Made by a program: the position numbers and the translations under genes | Notes under the pieces: model-generated | The model's database searches: none | Told to the model about the DNA's origin: nothing | What the model saw: the letters and a program-made list of their open reading frames with translations, nothing else | DNA from: Eubacteriales bacterium | GTDB taxonomy: Bacteria; Bacillota; Clostridia; Christensenellales; UBA1750 | Reading direction: 5' to 3' | Length of the DNA stretch: 64,000 bases | Assembly (NCBI GenBank): GCA_031553225.1 | Contig: JAVBLU010000017.1 | Coordinates: 4,375 to 68,374, forward strand | Shown: piece by piece, positions 17,001-27,978 of the stretch | Layout of the letters: every line of letters starts with the position of its first letter | Numbering within the stretch: the first letter of the stretch is position 1

Positions 17001-18058
17001 GGCAGAACCTGCAGGCCGCGCAGCCGCGCGCCCTCCGCGACAGCGCCCCCAAGCACCACAACGCTTCCTTCCGGCGGCCCTTCCAGCAGCTGCACAACGG
17101 CGCCGTCCGTCAGCCCGCAGCGCACGCGCACGCGCACGGCGCGTGGTGCGTCCGTCCCTACGGCCACAAGAACGGTATCGTCTTGTCCGATTGCTTCCAG
17201 CGGGACGCATACCGCGTCCACCTGTGCGAGTATAATGGAACAAGTCAGCGCCGCGCCGGTGGGCAACGGCAGCGTCCGGTCGAGTTGCACCTCGGCCACG
17301 GCGAAGGAGGAGGTGGGAGCGCCGCCTAGAAGCGAGGCGATCTGCCCGTCCGCGGAGCGCTCGCCCGGCGCGATGGCGGTTATCCTGCCTTTGGCGATCT
17401 GCACGCCTTCGCGCTGTACGAGTACCTGCTGCCCCACGAGCACGCGCGACACATCTGCGTCGCTCAGGCGCACGCGGGCGCGGTTGGCATCCCCGCCCAG
17501 GGTCGCCAGCGCCGCACCAGCCATCACGGCCTGGCCGGTGCGCACGTGCACCGCCAGCACCCGGGAAGGCATTGGGGCGCACACGCGCGTCATGGACCAG
17601 GAGAGCAGCGCCGCGTCGGCGGACAAGGCTGCGGAGGAGGCGGGCAGCAGTTGCAGAAGCGCCGACAGCGCGGGCGCGTCCAGCGAGGCTGCGGCTTCGT
17701 CCAGCCGTGAGAGCGCACTTTGCGCGCGCGCGCTGGACAGAAGCGCCGCGCGCAGGGAGGTTTTTTGAACCTGGTCGTCGAACTGCACCAGCACCTCGCC
17801 CTGCCGCACGGCCGCGCCCGCCGCGGCGGGCCCGGCCGACACCACACCCGGCTGCTGGGCATACAGCGTGCGTTCGCCCTCGCAGGCAAGCGTGGCGGGC
17901 AGGTCGATGCTGCGCAGGATGGCGGCGCGCGTCACCCGCGCCGCACGCACGTCGTATGCGCCTGTCACCCCGAGCCCCAGGTGGTCGCCCGCCATAACGA
18001 ACGTGGGCAGCAGCGCAAGCGCGCACAACCCGTATACGAGCGCACGACGTTTCATCAT
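16997..18058 (-). CDS. MacA/YknX-like membrane-fusion adaptor protein
   Basis: N-terminal anchor, biotinyl-like halves (V..GEVL; AP..V..V..GQ.V), VPLEA, V..GLTDG. Confidence 0.75.
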   Translation of the reverse strand: MMKRRALVYGLCALALLPTFVMAGDHLGLGVTGAYDVRAARVTRAAILRSIDLPATLACEGERTLYAQQPGVVSAGPAAAGAAVRQGEVLVQFDDQVQKTSLRAALLSSARAQSALSRLDEAAASLDAPALSALLQLLPASSAALSADAALLSWSMTRVCAPMPSRVLAVHVRTGQAVMAGAALATLGGDANRARVRLSDADVSRVLVGQQVLVQREGVQIAKGRITAIAPGERSADGQIASLLGGAPTSSFAVAEVQLDRTLPLPTGAALTCSIILAQVDAVCVPLEAIGQDDTVLVAVGTDAPRAVRVRVRCGLTDGAVVQLLEGPPEGSVVVLGGAVAEGARLRGLQVLP

Positions 18059-18383
18059 CAGGCCTCCCTGCGAGCGTATCCAGGCTAGTATGCGCCGTTG
18101 ATGCGCGGCGATGCGCCCCAAAAAACGGAACACCTATTCTCAAATTTATGTTGCAGTATTCATGACAAAACTGTCAACGGCGTGTTAATACCTCCATCAC
18201 AAGCCGCACTATTTCCTTTTTCCGCTGTATTATTGACTCATTTGTTCAATTTCGATATCTAATATTGTGGAGTTTTTGCATATAGCTTTTTGAACAGGCC
18301 GTATCTATAATAGAGGCAAGAAGGCTAACTGCGGGTCGAGTTACGGTCATCCTAGGCCCAAACAATATCAGGGGGGATCAGCT

Positions 18384-19505
18384 TTGGCAAGCGTATCACT
18401 CAAACACATCTACAAGGTGTATCAGGGTGGCGTGACCGCTGTCAGCGACTTTACGCTCGACATCGAAGACAAGGAGTTCGTCGTACTCGTCGGGCCGTCC
18501 GGCTGCGGAAAATCCACAACGCTGCGCATGGTGGCGGGCCTGGAGGAGATCTCCGACGGCGAGCTGTACATCTCCGACAAGCTCGTCAACGACGTGGCTC
18601 CCAAGGACCGCGACATCGCCATGGTGTTCCAGAACTACGCCCTGTACCCGCACATGACGGTGTACGACAACATGGCGTTCGGCCTGAAGCTTCGCAAGAT
18701 GCCCAAAGCCGAAATCGACAAGCGCGTCAAAGAGGCCGCGCACATCCTGGACATCGAGCATCTGCTCAACCGCAAGCCGAAGGCGCTCTCCGGCGGACAG
18801 CGCCAGCGCGTCGCCCTGGGCCGCGCTATCGTTCGCGAGCCGAAGGTCTTCCTTATGGACGAGCCGCTCTCCAACTTGGACGCTAAGCTGCGCGTTCAGA
18901 TGCGTACTGAGATCACCAAGCTGCATCAGAAGCTGCAAACCACCTTCATTTACGTTACGCACGATCAAACCGAGGCCATGACCATGGGCTCGCGCATCGT
19001 GGTGATGAAGGACGGCTTCATGCAGCAGGTGGAGACCCCGCAGAACCTGTACGATTATCCCTGCAACCGCTTCGTGGCCGGGTTCATCGGCAGCCCGCAG
19101 ATGAACTTCTTTGAGGTGAAGCTCACCAAGGAAGGCAGCGATGTGTATGCCGTCTTCGGCGAGAACCGCATCAAGATCCCCGAGGGCAAGGTGAAGAAGC
19201 TCACCGACGCGGCGTATACGAACAAGGAAGTGTACATGGGCATCCGCCCCGAGAACCTGCACGATGAGGAGATTTTCCTGCAGTCCTCGCCGGACTCCAT
19301 CATCAACGTGCACGTGGACGTGGTCGAGCTGATGGGCTCGGAGACATATCTGTACCTGCGCGTCTCCGGCAAGGAAGAGCTGGTCATCGCACGCGTCGAT
19401 CCGCGCTCTGTCGCCCGTACCGGCGACAACATCAAGATCGCTATCGACGCCAACCGCCTGCACTTCTTCGACAAAGAGACCGAGGAGTCCATCCTTACCC
19501 GTTAG
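18384..19505 (+). CDS. Stand-alone sugar ABC transporter ATPase (MsmX/MsmK/UgpC family)
   Basis: GPSGCGKST, LSGGQRQR, MDEPLSNLD, YVTHDQ, TOBE tail; strongly biased codon use. Confidence 0.95.
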   Translation: MASVSLKHIYKVYQGGVTAVSDFTLDIEDKEFVVLVGPSGCGKSTTLRMVAGLEEISDGELYISDKLVNDVAPKDRDIAMVFQNYALYPHMTVYDNMAFGLKLRKMPKAEIDKRVKEAAHILDIEHLLNRKPKALSGGQRQRVALGRAIVREPKVFLMDEPLSNLDAKLRVQMRTEITKLHQKLQTTFIYVTHDQTEAMTMGSRIVVMKDGFMQQVETPQNLYDYPCNRFVAGFIGSPQMNFFEVKLTKEGSDVYAVFGENRIKIPEGKVKKLTDAAYTNKEVYMGIRPENLHDEEIFLQSSPDSIINVHVDVVELMGSETYLYLRVSGKEELVIARVDPRSVARTGDNIKIAIDANRLHFFDKETEESILTR

Positions 19506-19535
19506 GTCTAGTGCTGCTGAAAGCATAGGTTATTG

Positions 19536-19565
19536 AAGGCCGGGCAAGACGCCCGGCCTTTTTTT
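19536..19565 (+). terminator. Intrinsic terminator
   Basis: AAGGCCGGGC-aagac-GCCCGGCC followed by T7. Confidence 0.85.
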
Positions 19566-19915
19566 ATGCGCCCGACGCGGTGCAAGAGGCGCACACGCAG
19601 GCATTGCGCGCAAAATTGCTATAAACACCGTTTTGTACAGGAGGCAGCGCGCTTGGATGAGCATGTCGCATCCCCGCAGGGCGCAGCGCAGCCTTTGGAT
19701 ATTTTGCCGACAAGCACGCGCACAAATTATGTAAGCTGACCGAATCGCCGTTTCGCAATCCTCATCATTTTGGTTATTTTGCTGAGGAACAAGTGTTTAC
19801 CAACCGCAATTGTACGAATTTTTGGTAGCAGTATATAAAACAAGGCATTTTCCATTGTGATTATTTTTGCCGGGCGCTATAATGAATGCGAAGCATTCGT
19901 AGGGGAGGGCTTGGG

Positions 19916-21004
19916 TTGAAAAACGGCGGCGCGCACAGCGCGATTCTCGGACACATGGAGCAGGTGCTGCTTCGTTCGCAACTGGAGATTGATGTGCTGG
20001 ACGCAAACGGCGTACGCCTTATTTCCCGAAACCTGCGCGGCGAGGTGGACGCGGATTTTCTGCGCATGTCCTGGGAGAGCGGCGTGGAAGCGAACGTCTT
20101 CGCCGGTATGGCGTATCTGCGCCTGGACCTGCCGCCCGTGTTCGCCCTAAGCTCCCCCATCCCGCGCGACGGCGGCGTGCCGGGGCAGCTGTATTTGGCC
20201 GCGGCGCTTCTGCAGGCGCTCATGCAGGCGGAAATGACCGTACCGAGCCAAAGCGAAGTATACAGCATGGCCCTGTCCGACCACCCCGACCAGGTGGCTA
20301 TCGAGGCCTGCGCGATGGATTTTGACATCCCCTGCGAGGCCGAGCGCTGCGTGATGCTCTTCCATGTGCTCACAGACTCCACCGAGGTTGTAACGCGCGT
20401 GCTGCAAACCCTGTTTACACCGCAGTCGGGCGACGCGGTGCTGCCCATTGACCGCCACACCGTAGCGCTGTGCAAATCCATGGACGACAGCGTGGCTTTT
20501 GAGGACATGGAGCAGCTGGCGCGCGCCGTGGACGATACCGTGATGAGTGAGACCGGGCTTCAAATTCTCATCGGCGTGGGCGAACCCCGCCGCTACCTCT
20601 ACCAGCTGGGCGAATCGCTGCACGAAGCCCGCCAGGCGATCAACATCGGCCGGCTCTATCGGCCGGACGAGCGGCTCTTCCTGTTCCGCCGCCTGCTGCT
20701 GGAGCGTCTGCTTTGCGAGGTGCCTGCCGAAGTGGCCGGGCGGTATCACCAGGCCCTGTTCGGCAAGCGTCAGCAGCGCTTTACCTCCGAGGAGATGCTC
20801 AACACCATCGACAAGTTTTTCGCCTGCTCGCTCAACCTCTCCGAGGCGGCGCGCCAGCTCTATATCCACCGCAACACGCTCGTCTATCGCCTGGACAAAT
20901 TCCAGAAGGCCACCGGCCTTGACCTGCGAAAGTTTGAGGACGCCGTCACCTTCCGCATCATGATGTTGCTGGGCCGCGGGCACGACGCAAAGCGGGCGAA
21001 GTAG
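19916..21004 (+). CDS. PucR/CdaR-family transcriptional regulator
   Basis: C-terminal NLSEAARQLYIHRNTLVYRLDK...GLDLR; start uncertain (TTG after GGAGGG). Confidence 0.9.
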   Translation: MKNGGAHSAILGHMEQVLLRSQLEIDVLDANGVRLISRNLRGEVDADFLRMSWESGVEANVFAGMAYLRLDLPPVFALSSPIPRDGGVPGQLYLAAALLQALMQAEMTVPSQSEVYSMALSDHPDQVAIEACAMDFDIPCEAERCVMLFHVLTDSTEVVTRVLQTLFTPQSGDAVLPIDRHTVALCKSMDDSVAFEDMEQLARAVDDTVMSETGLQILIGVGEPRRYLYQLGESLHEARQAINIGRLYRPDERLFLFRRLLLERLLCEVPAEVAGRYHQALFGKRQQRFTSEEMLNTIDKFFACSLNLSEAARQLYIHRNTLVYRLDKFQKATGLDLRKFEDAVTFRIMMLLGRGHDAKRAK

Positions 21005-21005
21005 C

Positions 21006-22160
<1,155 letters not shown>

Positions 22161-22278
22161 GCGGCGATGGGGCTTGGGGGCGCTGCCCTCCACACATCCC
22201 GTCACGGGATATCATCCCGTGGATCGCCCGTGGGGCATGGGCGCTGTTGTGCTGCGGGCATGCGGAGCGATCATTATG

Positions 22279-22317
22279 AAAAGGCCCGGCGGCGCTTCTA
22301 AGTGCCGCCGGGCCTTC
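22279..22317 (-). terminator. Terminator hairpin between convergent genes
   Basis: AAAAGGCCCGGCGGCGC...GTGCCGCCGGGCCTT. Confidence 0.7.
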
Positions 22318-22346
22318 GTGCGTTTTGGGTGCGGCTTGTCGCGCCG

Positions 22347-23087
22347 TCAGGAAAGGACGTCTTTGGGCAGGTCGTCGCTGGGCACGTGCAGCCCGCACGC
22401 GCGCAGGTGGTTCTCCCAAATGGCTTGGCATATCTCGGCCATGCGCCGCATCTGGAAGATGACGATGGAGCCGAACGGGGCGTCGAGCAGCTTTTCTATG
22501 GCGTGGCGGTACAGTTCCAGGCGCTCAAGAACGCGCACCATATCCGGCGGGTCCTCGCCCAGCTGCGCCAGCATCGAGGCGATCTCGTCCGTCAGATTTA
22601 GCCCCAGCTGCAGTATAAGCAGGCCAATGGCGTCCGGATACGGCGAAAAAAACACGCCGTCCGCCACGCCCTTGGCGATGATGTCGTTAAATAAAGGAAG
22701 CGTGCGCGTCAGGTTCGCCATCTTCAGCTTTTCCCGCATCATCAGGTTGTGGTCGTGGTAGGCAACGCGGATCAGCATCCCCAGGAAGTCCACCTGTTCC
22801 TCCTGCCAGATGCCGTTTTTGTCGAACATGGCATTCAACTGGTCCACAGCGCTGCCCGGGCAGGAGAGCACGGCTGCGTGCGCCGCCTGAAAACTCTGCT
22901 CGGCCTTGTCCTCGCAGATCGCCTCCAGAAGCTCCTCCTTGGATAGGAAATGGTGATAAAAGCCGCCTTTGGACAAGCGCAACTCGTTTAAAATATCCTG
23001 AATGGTCGTCGCTTCATAGCCCCTGGTCAGGAAAAGCCGCTCGGATACGGCAATGATATCCCTGCGCCGACGTTCGCCCTTGCGCAC
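22347..23087 (-). CDS. TetR-family transcriptional regulator
   Basis: LF..GYEATTIQDI..L.LSKGGFYHHF.SKEEL; GTG start after GGAGGG. Confidence 0.9.
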   Translation of the reverse strand: MRKGERRRRDIIAVSERLFLTRGYEATTIQDILNELRLSKGGFYHHFLSKEELLEAICEDKAEQSFQAAHAAVLSCPGSAVDQLNAMFDKNGIWQEEQVDFLGMLIRVAYHDHNLMMREKLKMANLTRTLPLFNDIIAKGVADGVFFSPYPDAIGLLILQLGLNLTDEIASMLAQLGEDPPDMVRVLERLELYRHAIEKLLDAPFGSIVIFQMRRMAEICQAIWENHLRACGLHVPSDDLPKDVLS

Positions 23088-23256
23088 GGCAACCCCTCCC
23101 GGCTGGTATAACCTTGGTCGGTTTTCCATTTTTATTATACGGTTTCCTTAGGGAGAGTTCAATATGCCGCGGCAAATATCGCCTGCCCCGCGCGCTTCCC
23201 ACGGCCGCCGCGCTGTGCTATACTGCACGCATGAAATATCCAGCAGGAGGCTTTGA

Positions 23257-24471
23257 ATGAAGTATGTGCTGATCATCGGCGACGGCATGGCCGATCGGCC
23301 TCTGGCCGAGCTTCAGGGGCGCACCGTGCTGCAGGCCGCGGTTACGCCGGTTATGGACCGCCTTGCCAAAGCCGGGCGCGTTGGCCTTGTGCGCACGGTG
23401 CCAAACGGCGTGCCTGCAGGCAGCGATACGGCCATTCTCTCCATCTTCGGATGCGATCCGCTCGTTCACTACACCGGCCGCTCGCCGCTGGAGGCGGCCG
23501 GCGCGGACGTGTTCCTTCACGAAGGCGAGGTCTCCCTTCGCTGCAATCTCGTCAGCGTGGAGGGCGGCCTGCCGGGCGGCGTTATGCGCTCCCATTCCGG
23601 CGGCGCGGTGGAGGGAGACGAAGCGGTTGCGCTCATGCAGGCGCTCATCGCCGATCCGGCTTGCGCCGCCATCATGGCCGAGCTGTCCATGCGCTTTGCG
23701 CTCACCCGTTCATTCCGCCACATCGCCGTGATGAAGGGCGACGCCGAAGGGCTGCAGCTGACGCCCCCGCACGACCGGCTCGGACAAGACGTTCACAGGC
23801 ATCTGCCCGCGGGCGGCTGCGCCGATGCGCTGCTTGCCCTGATGATGGCCGCGCAGAAGGTGCTCCAGAATCACCCCGTGAACGCGGCCCGCGCCGCGCG
23901 CGGGGCTATGCCCGTCACGGGCGTATGGTTCTGGGGCGCGGGCACGCTCGTGCGCCTGCCCTCCTTTCTCGAGCGTTTCGGTACGGGCGGAACCGTATCC
24001 AGCGCCGTGCCGCTCGTGCAGGGCATTGCCAAGCTTTGCGGCCTTTGCGCCCCAAATATCCGGGGCGCAAACGGCGAGATCGACACGAATTACGCCGGCA
24101 AGATGGAGGCTGCGCTTTGCGGACTTGCCGGGAACGACTTTTGCGCGGTGCACGTGGAGGCGCCGGACGAGTGCGGCCATGCAGGCGACCTCAAGGGAAA
24201 AATCCGCGCCGTTGAAGCGCTGGACGAACGGCTCCTCGCGCCCATGACGGCGGAGCTGTCAAAGCGCTTCGGCGCCTTTCGCATGCTCGTTCTGCCCGAC
24301 CATCCAACGCCCATTGCCACCCGCACGCACGACGCCTCTCCCGTGCCGTTCCTGTTGTATGACAGCCGCCTGGATACGAAGGAGGGCCGCACGCTGGACG
24401 AGGTTTCCGCAGCCGCCGGACCGCTGGTGGACCCGGGCACCAAGCTGATCGCCATGCTTCTGGAGAAATAA
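23257..24471 (+). CDS. apgM: Cofactor-independent phosphoglycerate mutase, ApgM/AP-superfamily type
   Basis: IGDGMAD, GSDTA, YTGR.PLEA, HVEAPDECGH, PDHPTP..RTH. Confidence 0.85.
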   Translation: MKYVLIIGDGMADRPLAELQGRTVLQAAVTPVMDRLAKAGRVGLVRTVPNGVPAGSDTAILSIFGCDPLVHYTGRSPLEAAGADVFLHEGEVSLRCNLVSVEGGLPGGVMRSHSGGAVEGDEAVALMQALIADPACAAIMAELSMRFALTRSFRHIAVMKGDAEGLQLTPPHDRLGQDVHRHLPAGGCADALLALMMAAQKVLQNHPVNAARAARGAMPVTGVWFWGAGTLVRLPSFLERFGTGGTVSSAVPLVQGIAKLCGLCAPNIRGANGEIDTNYAGKMEAALCGLAGNDFCAVHVEAPDECGHAGDLKGKIRAVEALDERLLAPMTAELSKRFGAFRMLVLPDHPTPIATRTHDASPVPFLLYDSRLDTKEGRTLDEVSAAAGPLVDPGTKLIAMLLEK

Positions 24472-24473
24472 CC

Positions 24474-26303
24474 ATGCCCACGCTGCAAGAAAAACTGCAC
24501 CTTCTGCCCGACAGCCCCGGCGTGTATCTGATGAAGGACGCCGGAGAGGTTATCTATATCGGCAAGGCCGTGTCGCTGAAGAACCGCGTGCGCCAGTATT
24601 TCCAGGCCACACGCGGGCATGGGCCCAAGGTGCGCGCCATGGTGGAAAAGATCGACGACTTCGATATCATTCTGTGCGACAGCGAGCTGGAAGCCCTGAT
24701 GCTGGAGTGCAACCTGATAAAGAAGAACCGACCGTGGTACAATATCCTGTTGAAGGACGACAAGCACTATCCCTACATCCGCGTGGGCGTCGGGGAGGCA
24801 TTCCCGACGGCCACCATGGTGCGCAAGGCCGAGCAGGACGGGGCGCGCTACTTTGGGCCGTACCAGGGCACAACGCTGATTCGCGACGTGCTGGACGTCG
24901 TGCGCGCCGTGTTCCCCCTGCGCACGTGCACCCGCGACATGGCCAAACGGGCCGCGCGGCCCTGCCTTCAGCACGAGCTGGGGCGGTGCCTTGCCCCGTG
25001 CGTCGGGCGCGTGGGACAGGAGGAGTACGCGGCCGTGGCGGCGCAGGTCGTGCGCTTCCTTTCCGGCAAGCAGGGCGACGTTGTGCGCGATCTTCAGGCG
25101 CAGATGGTCCAGGCTGTCGCCGATCTGCAGTTCGAGCGCGCCGCCGTGCTGCGCGACCGCATTGCCGCTATCGAGGGCCTGGAGCAAAAGCAAAAGGTGC
25201 TCACCACCGGCGGGGACGACATGGACGTGCTCGCCCTTTCGCGCATCGGCGAGGACGCCGTGATCAACGCCCTGTTCCTACGCGACGGCAAGCTCATCGG
25301 CGCGGAGAATTTCCCTTTGGAGCGCCTGGGCGAGGAGAGCGAGGCGGAACTGCTTCAGGAGTTTATGCTGCAGTTTTACGACGACGCGCCCTTTGTGCCC
25401 CCGCGCGTCCTGCTGCCGGCGCCACTGCCGGACGCCTCCGTGATGGAGGAGTTGCTCGGGCAGAAAAAAGGCGCCAAGGTGGCCCTGCTTGTGCCTCAGC
25501 GGGGCGACAAAAAGAAGCTGGTGGACATGGCCGGCCGCAACGCCAAGGACGCCCTGGCCAAACACCTGTCCGAGCAGGAGCGCAAGTCGCGCCGCTCCCA
25601 GGGGGCCATGGCCGAGCTGCAGGCCGCCCTCGGCCTTCCGGTGCTTCCGCGCCGCATCGAGGCGTACGATATCTCCAACACACAGGGCGCGCAGTCCGTC
25701 GCGTCCATGGTCGTCTTTCAGGACGGCGACGCCCTTCGATCGGGCTACCGTCAGTTTAAGATCAGGACCGTGGTCGGCGCGGACGATTTTGCCTCCATGC
25801 AGGAGGCGCTCACCAGGCGCTTTCGCCACGCGGCTGAAGGGGACGAACGCTTTGGCGCCCTGCCGGACGCCGTGCTCATCGACGGCGGGCCGGAGCAGCT
25901 CAAGCGCGCTTTGGAGGGCATGCGCAGCCAGGGGTTCAGCGTGCCCATGTTCTCTTTGGCGAAGCAGCTGGAGGAGGTCTATCTGGAAGGGCGAGACGAC
26001 ACGATTCTGCTGCCCCGGCACGGGGAGGCGCTTCACCTGATCCAGCGCATCCGCGACGAGGCGCACCGCTTTGCCATCACCAGCCATCGGGCCCTGCGCG
26101 GCAAAGCGTCCGTGCGCTCGGCGCTGGACGACATCGCGGGTGTGGGACCAACGCGCAAGCGAGCCCTTTTGCAGCACTTCGGCAGCATCAGCAAGATTGC
26201 CGCCGCAACGCGGGAAGAGCTGCGCGCCGTCAAGGGCGTGGACAGCCGCTCGGCCGAGGCGGTATACGGACATTTTCATCCGCCCGGACCGGCGGATGCC
26301 TGA
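24474..26303 (+). CDS. uvrC: Excinuclease ABC subunit C
   Basis: GIY-YIG (PGVYLM..IYIGKA), RIEAYDISN, IDGG, RDEAHRFA, HhH tail. Confidence 0.97.
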   Translation: MPTLQEKLHLLPDSPGVYLMKDAGEVIYIGKAVSLKNRVRQYFQATRGHGPKVRAMVEKIDDFDIILCDSELEALMLECNLIKKNRPWYNILLKDDKHYPYIRVGVGEAFPTATMVRKAEQDGARYFGPYQGTTLIRDVLDVVRAVFPLRTCTRDMAKRAARPCLQHELGRCLAPCVGRVGQEEYAAVAAQVVRFLSGKQGDVVRDLQAQMVQAVADLQFERAAVLRDRIAAIEGLEQKQKVLTTGGDDMDVLALSRIGEDAVINALFLRDGKLIGAENFPLERLGEESEAELLQEFMLQFYDDAPFVPPRVLLPAPLPDASVMEELLGQKKGAKVALLVPQRGDKKKLVDMAGRNAKDALAKHLSEQERKSRRSQGAMAELQAALGLPVLPRRIEAYDISNTQGAQSVASMVVFQDGDALRSGYRQFKIRTVVGADDFASMQEALTRRFRHAAEGDERFGALPDAVLIDGGPEQLKRALEGMRSQGFSVPMFSLAKQLEEVYLEGRDDTILLPRHGEALHLIQRIRDEAHRFAITSHRALRGKASVRSALDDIAGVGPTRKRALLQHFGSISKIAAATREELRAVKGVDSRSAEAVYGHFHPPGPADA

Positions 26304-26355
26304 CGGCCGCCCTCCGATCCGATCCACAGTTTCTAATATGCACGGGAGGTTTCAT

Positions 26356-27219
26356 ATGATTGTTGCGCAGGGATGGCGCGATTACCAGGTGCTCGACACG
26401 GGCGAGGGCGAGAAGTTGGAGCGCTGGGGCGAGGTGGTGCTGCGCAGGCCCGACCCGCAGGTGATCTGGCCGGCCGCCCGGCCCGAAATGTGGTCGGGCG
26501 CGCACGCCAGGTACCAGCGAAGCGACACCGGCGGCGGAAGCTGGCACTTTGCGAAAAACATTCCAGACTCTTGGTCGGTTTCCTACGACGAGCTGTCGTT
26601 CATCGTGCGGCCGACCGGTTTCAAGCATACCGGGCTCTTCCCGGAACAGGCCGCGAACTGGGATTTCATGTCCGGCCTCATCAGCGGCGCGGGCCGCCCT
26701 GTGCGCGTGCTCAATCTGTTTGGCTATACGGGCGGGGCGAGCATTGCCTGCGCCGCCGCAGGCGCGGAGGTGACGCACGTGGACGCCGCCAAGGGCATGG
26801 TGGAGTGGGCGAAGGAGAACATGGCCGCCTCGGCCCTCCAAGACCGTCCCGTGCGCTACCTTGTGGACGATGCCGTGAAGTTTGTGCAGCGCGAGGAACG
26901 ACGCGGCCGCGCCTACGAAGGGATTGTGATGGACCCGCCAAGCTACGGCCGCGGCCCGGACGGCCAGGTATGGAAGCTGGAGACGGCCATCTACCCGCTG
27001 CTTTGCGCCGCTGCGCAGCTGCTGAGCGAGCAGCCGCTGTTCTTTTTGGTAAACGCCTATACCACGGGCCTTCAGCCAGCCGTGCTGTCCATGCTGCTGC
27101 GCCGCACGGTGTGTCTGCGCCGGCCGGGGCAGGTGTACGCAGACGAGCTCGGCCTACCCATCGCGTCCGGGGGCGTGCTGCCCTGCGGCGCCGTAGGGCG
27201 GTGGGTGGCGGGCGCATGA
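26356..27219 (+). CDS. Class I SAM-dependent (RlmI/RlmK-like) methyltransferase
   Basis: FKHTGLFPEQ, VLNLFGYTGG, MDPPSYGRG; GGAGG RBS. Confidence 0.88.
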   Translation: MIVAQGWRDYQVLDTGEGEKLERWGEVVLRRPDPQVIWPAARPEMWSGAHARYQRSDTGGGSWHFAKNIPDSWSVSYDELSFIVRPTGFKHTGLFPEQAANWDFMSGLISGAGRPVRVLNLFGYTGGASIACAAAGAEVTHVDAAKGMVEWAKENMAASALQDRPVRYLVDDAVKFVQREERRGRAYEGIVMDPPSYGRGPDGQVWKLETAIYPLLCAAAQLLSEQPLFFLVNAYTTGLQPAVLSMLLRRTVCLRRPGQVYADELGLPIASGGVLPCGAVGRWVAGA

Positions 27220-27869
27220 AGGTGCTCTTCGAGGACAACCACCTGCTCGCCGTCGACAAGCCTGCCGGCATGCCCGTGCAGGCGGACGAGAGCGGGGCTG
27301 ACGACGCGCTCACGCTTGCGCGCGCCTACATCAAGGAGCGCTGGCAAAAGCCCGGCGCGGTGTACCTCGGCCTGGTGCACCGCCTGGACCGCCCGGTAAG
27401 CGGCGTGCTGCTGTTCGCCCGCACGTCCAAGGCGGCGGCGCGCCTGTCGGAGCAGTTCCGCGCCCGCACGGCGCGCAAGGAGTACCACGCGGTGGTGGTG
27501 GGCGTCCCCCCGCCCGCGGGAACCTGGACTGATTGCTTGCGCAAGGACGAAGCCACCCGCATGGTGTCGGTGGTGGCTAAGGACGCACCAGGGGGCCAGG
27601 ACGCCTCGCTCGCCTACGAGGTGCTGTGCACGCGCAACGGCCTGTCGCTTTTGCGCATCGATCTGCATACCGGCCGCCCGCACCAGATTCGCGTGCAGTG
27701 CCAAAGCCGCGGCTTTCCCATTTGGGCCGACGCGCGCTATGGCGCGGCATTGCCCGGCGCGGACATCGCCCTGCGCGCCACCCGCCTGGCCATCGAACAT
27801 CCCACGCTGCGCACGCAAACCGTCATCTGCGCGCCGCTGCCCGGCGCGCCGCCCTGGTCGCTCTTTTAG
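27216..27869 (+). CDS. RluA-family RNA pseudouridine synthase
   Basis: DKPAG, VHRLDRPVSG, TGRPHQIR. Confidence 0.92.
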   Translation: MKVLFEDNHLLAVDKPAGMPVQADESGADDALTLARAYIKERWQKPGAVYLGLVHRLDRPVSGVLLFARTSKAAARLSEQFRARTARKEYHAVVVGVPPPAGTWTDCLRKDEATRMVSVVAKDAPGGQDASLAYEVLCTRNGLSLLRIDLHTGRPHQIRVQCQSRGFPIWADARYGAALPGADIALRATRLAIEHPTLRTQTVICAPLPGAPPWSLF

Positions 27870-27978
27870 GCCGCCCGCACAGGCCGGGGCAGGTTATCAT
27901 TGCGCCGGCGGCCACTTCGCGGTATGATGAACCAGGAGCACACGCAAAGCAACATTGTCGCAGGAGGCTGTGTCTTCT

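Noticed and set aside
15837-18143. 768-aa ORF that looks like a fused permease
   Set aside because: Its N-terminal half is an off-frame read over the adaptor gene; the real permease starts at 17000.
18144-18383. AT-rich stretch as a foreign insertion
   Set aside because: It is short and sits between divergent genes with TATAAT-like boxes; an ordinary promoter region.
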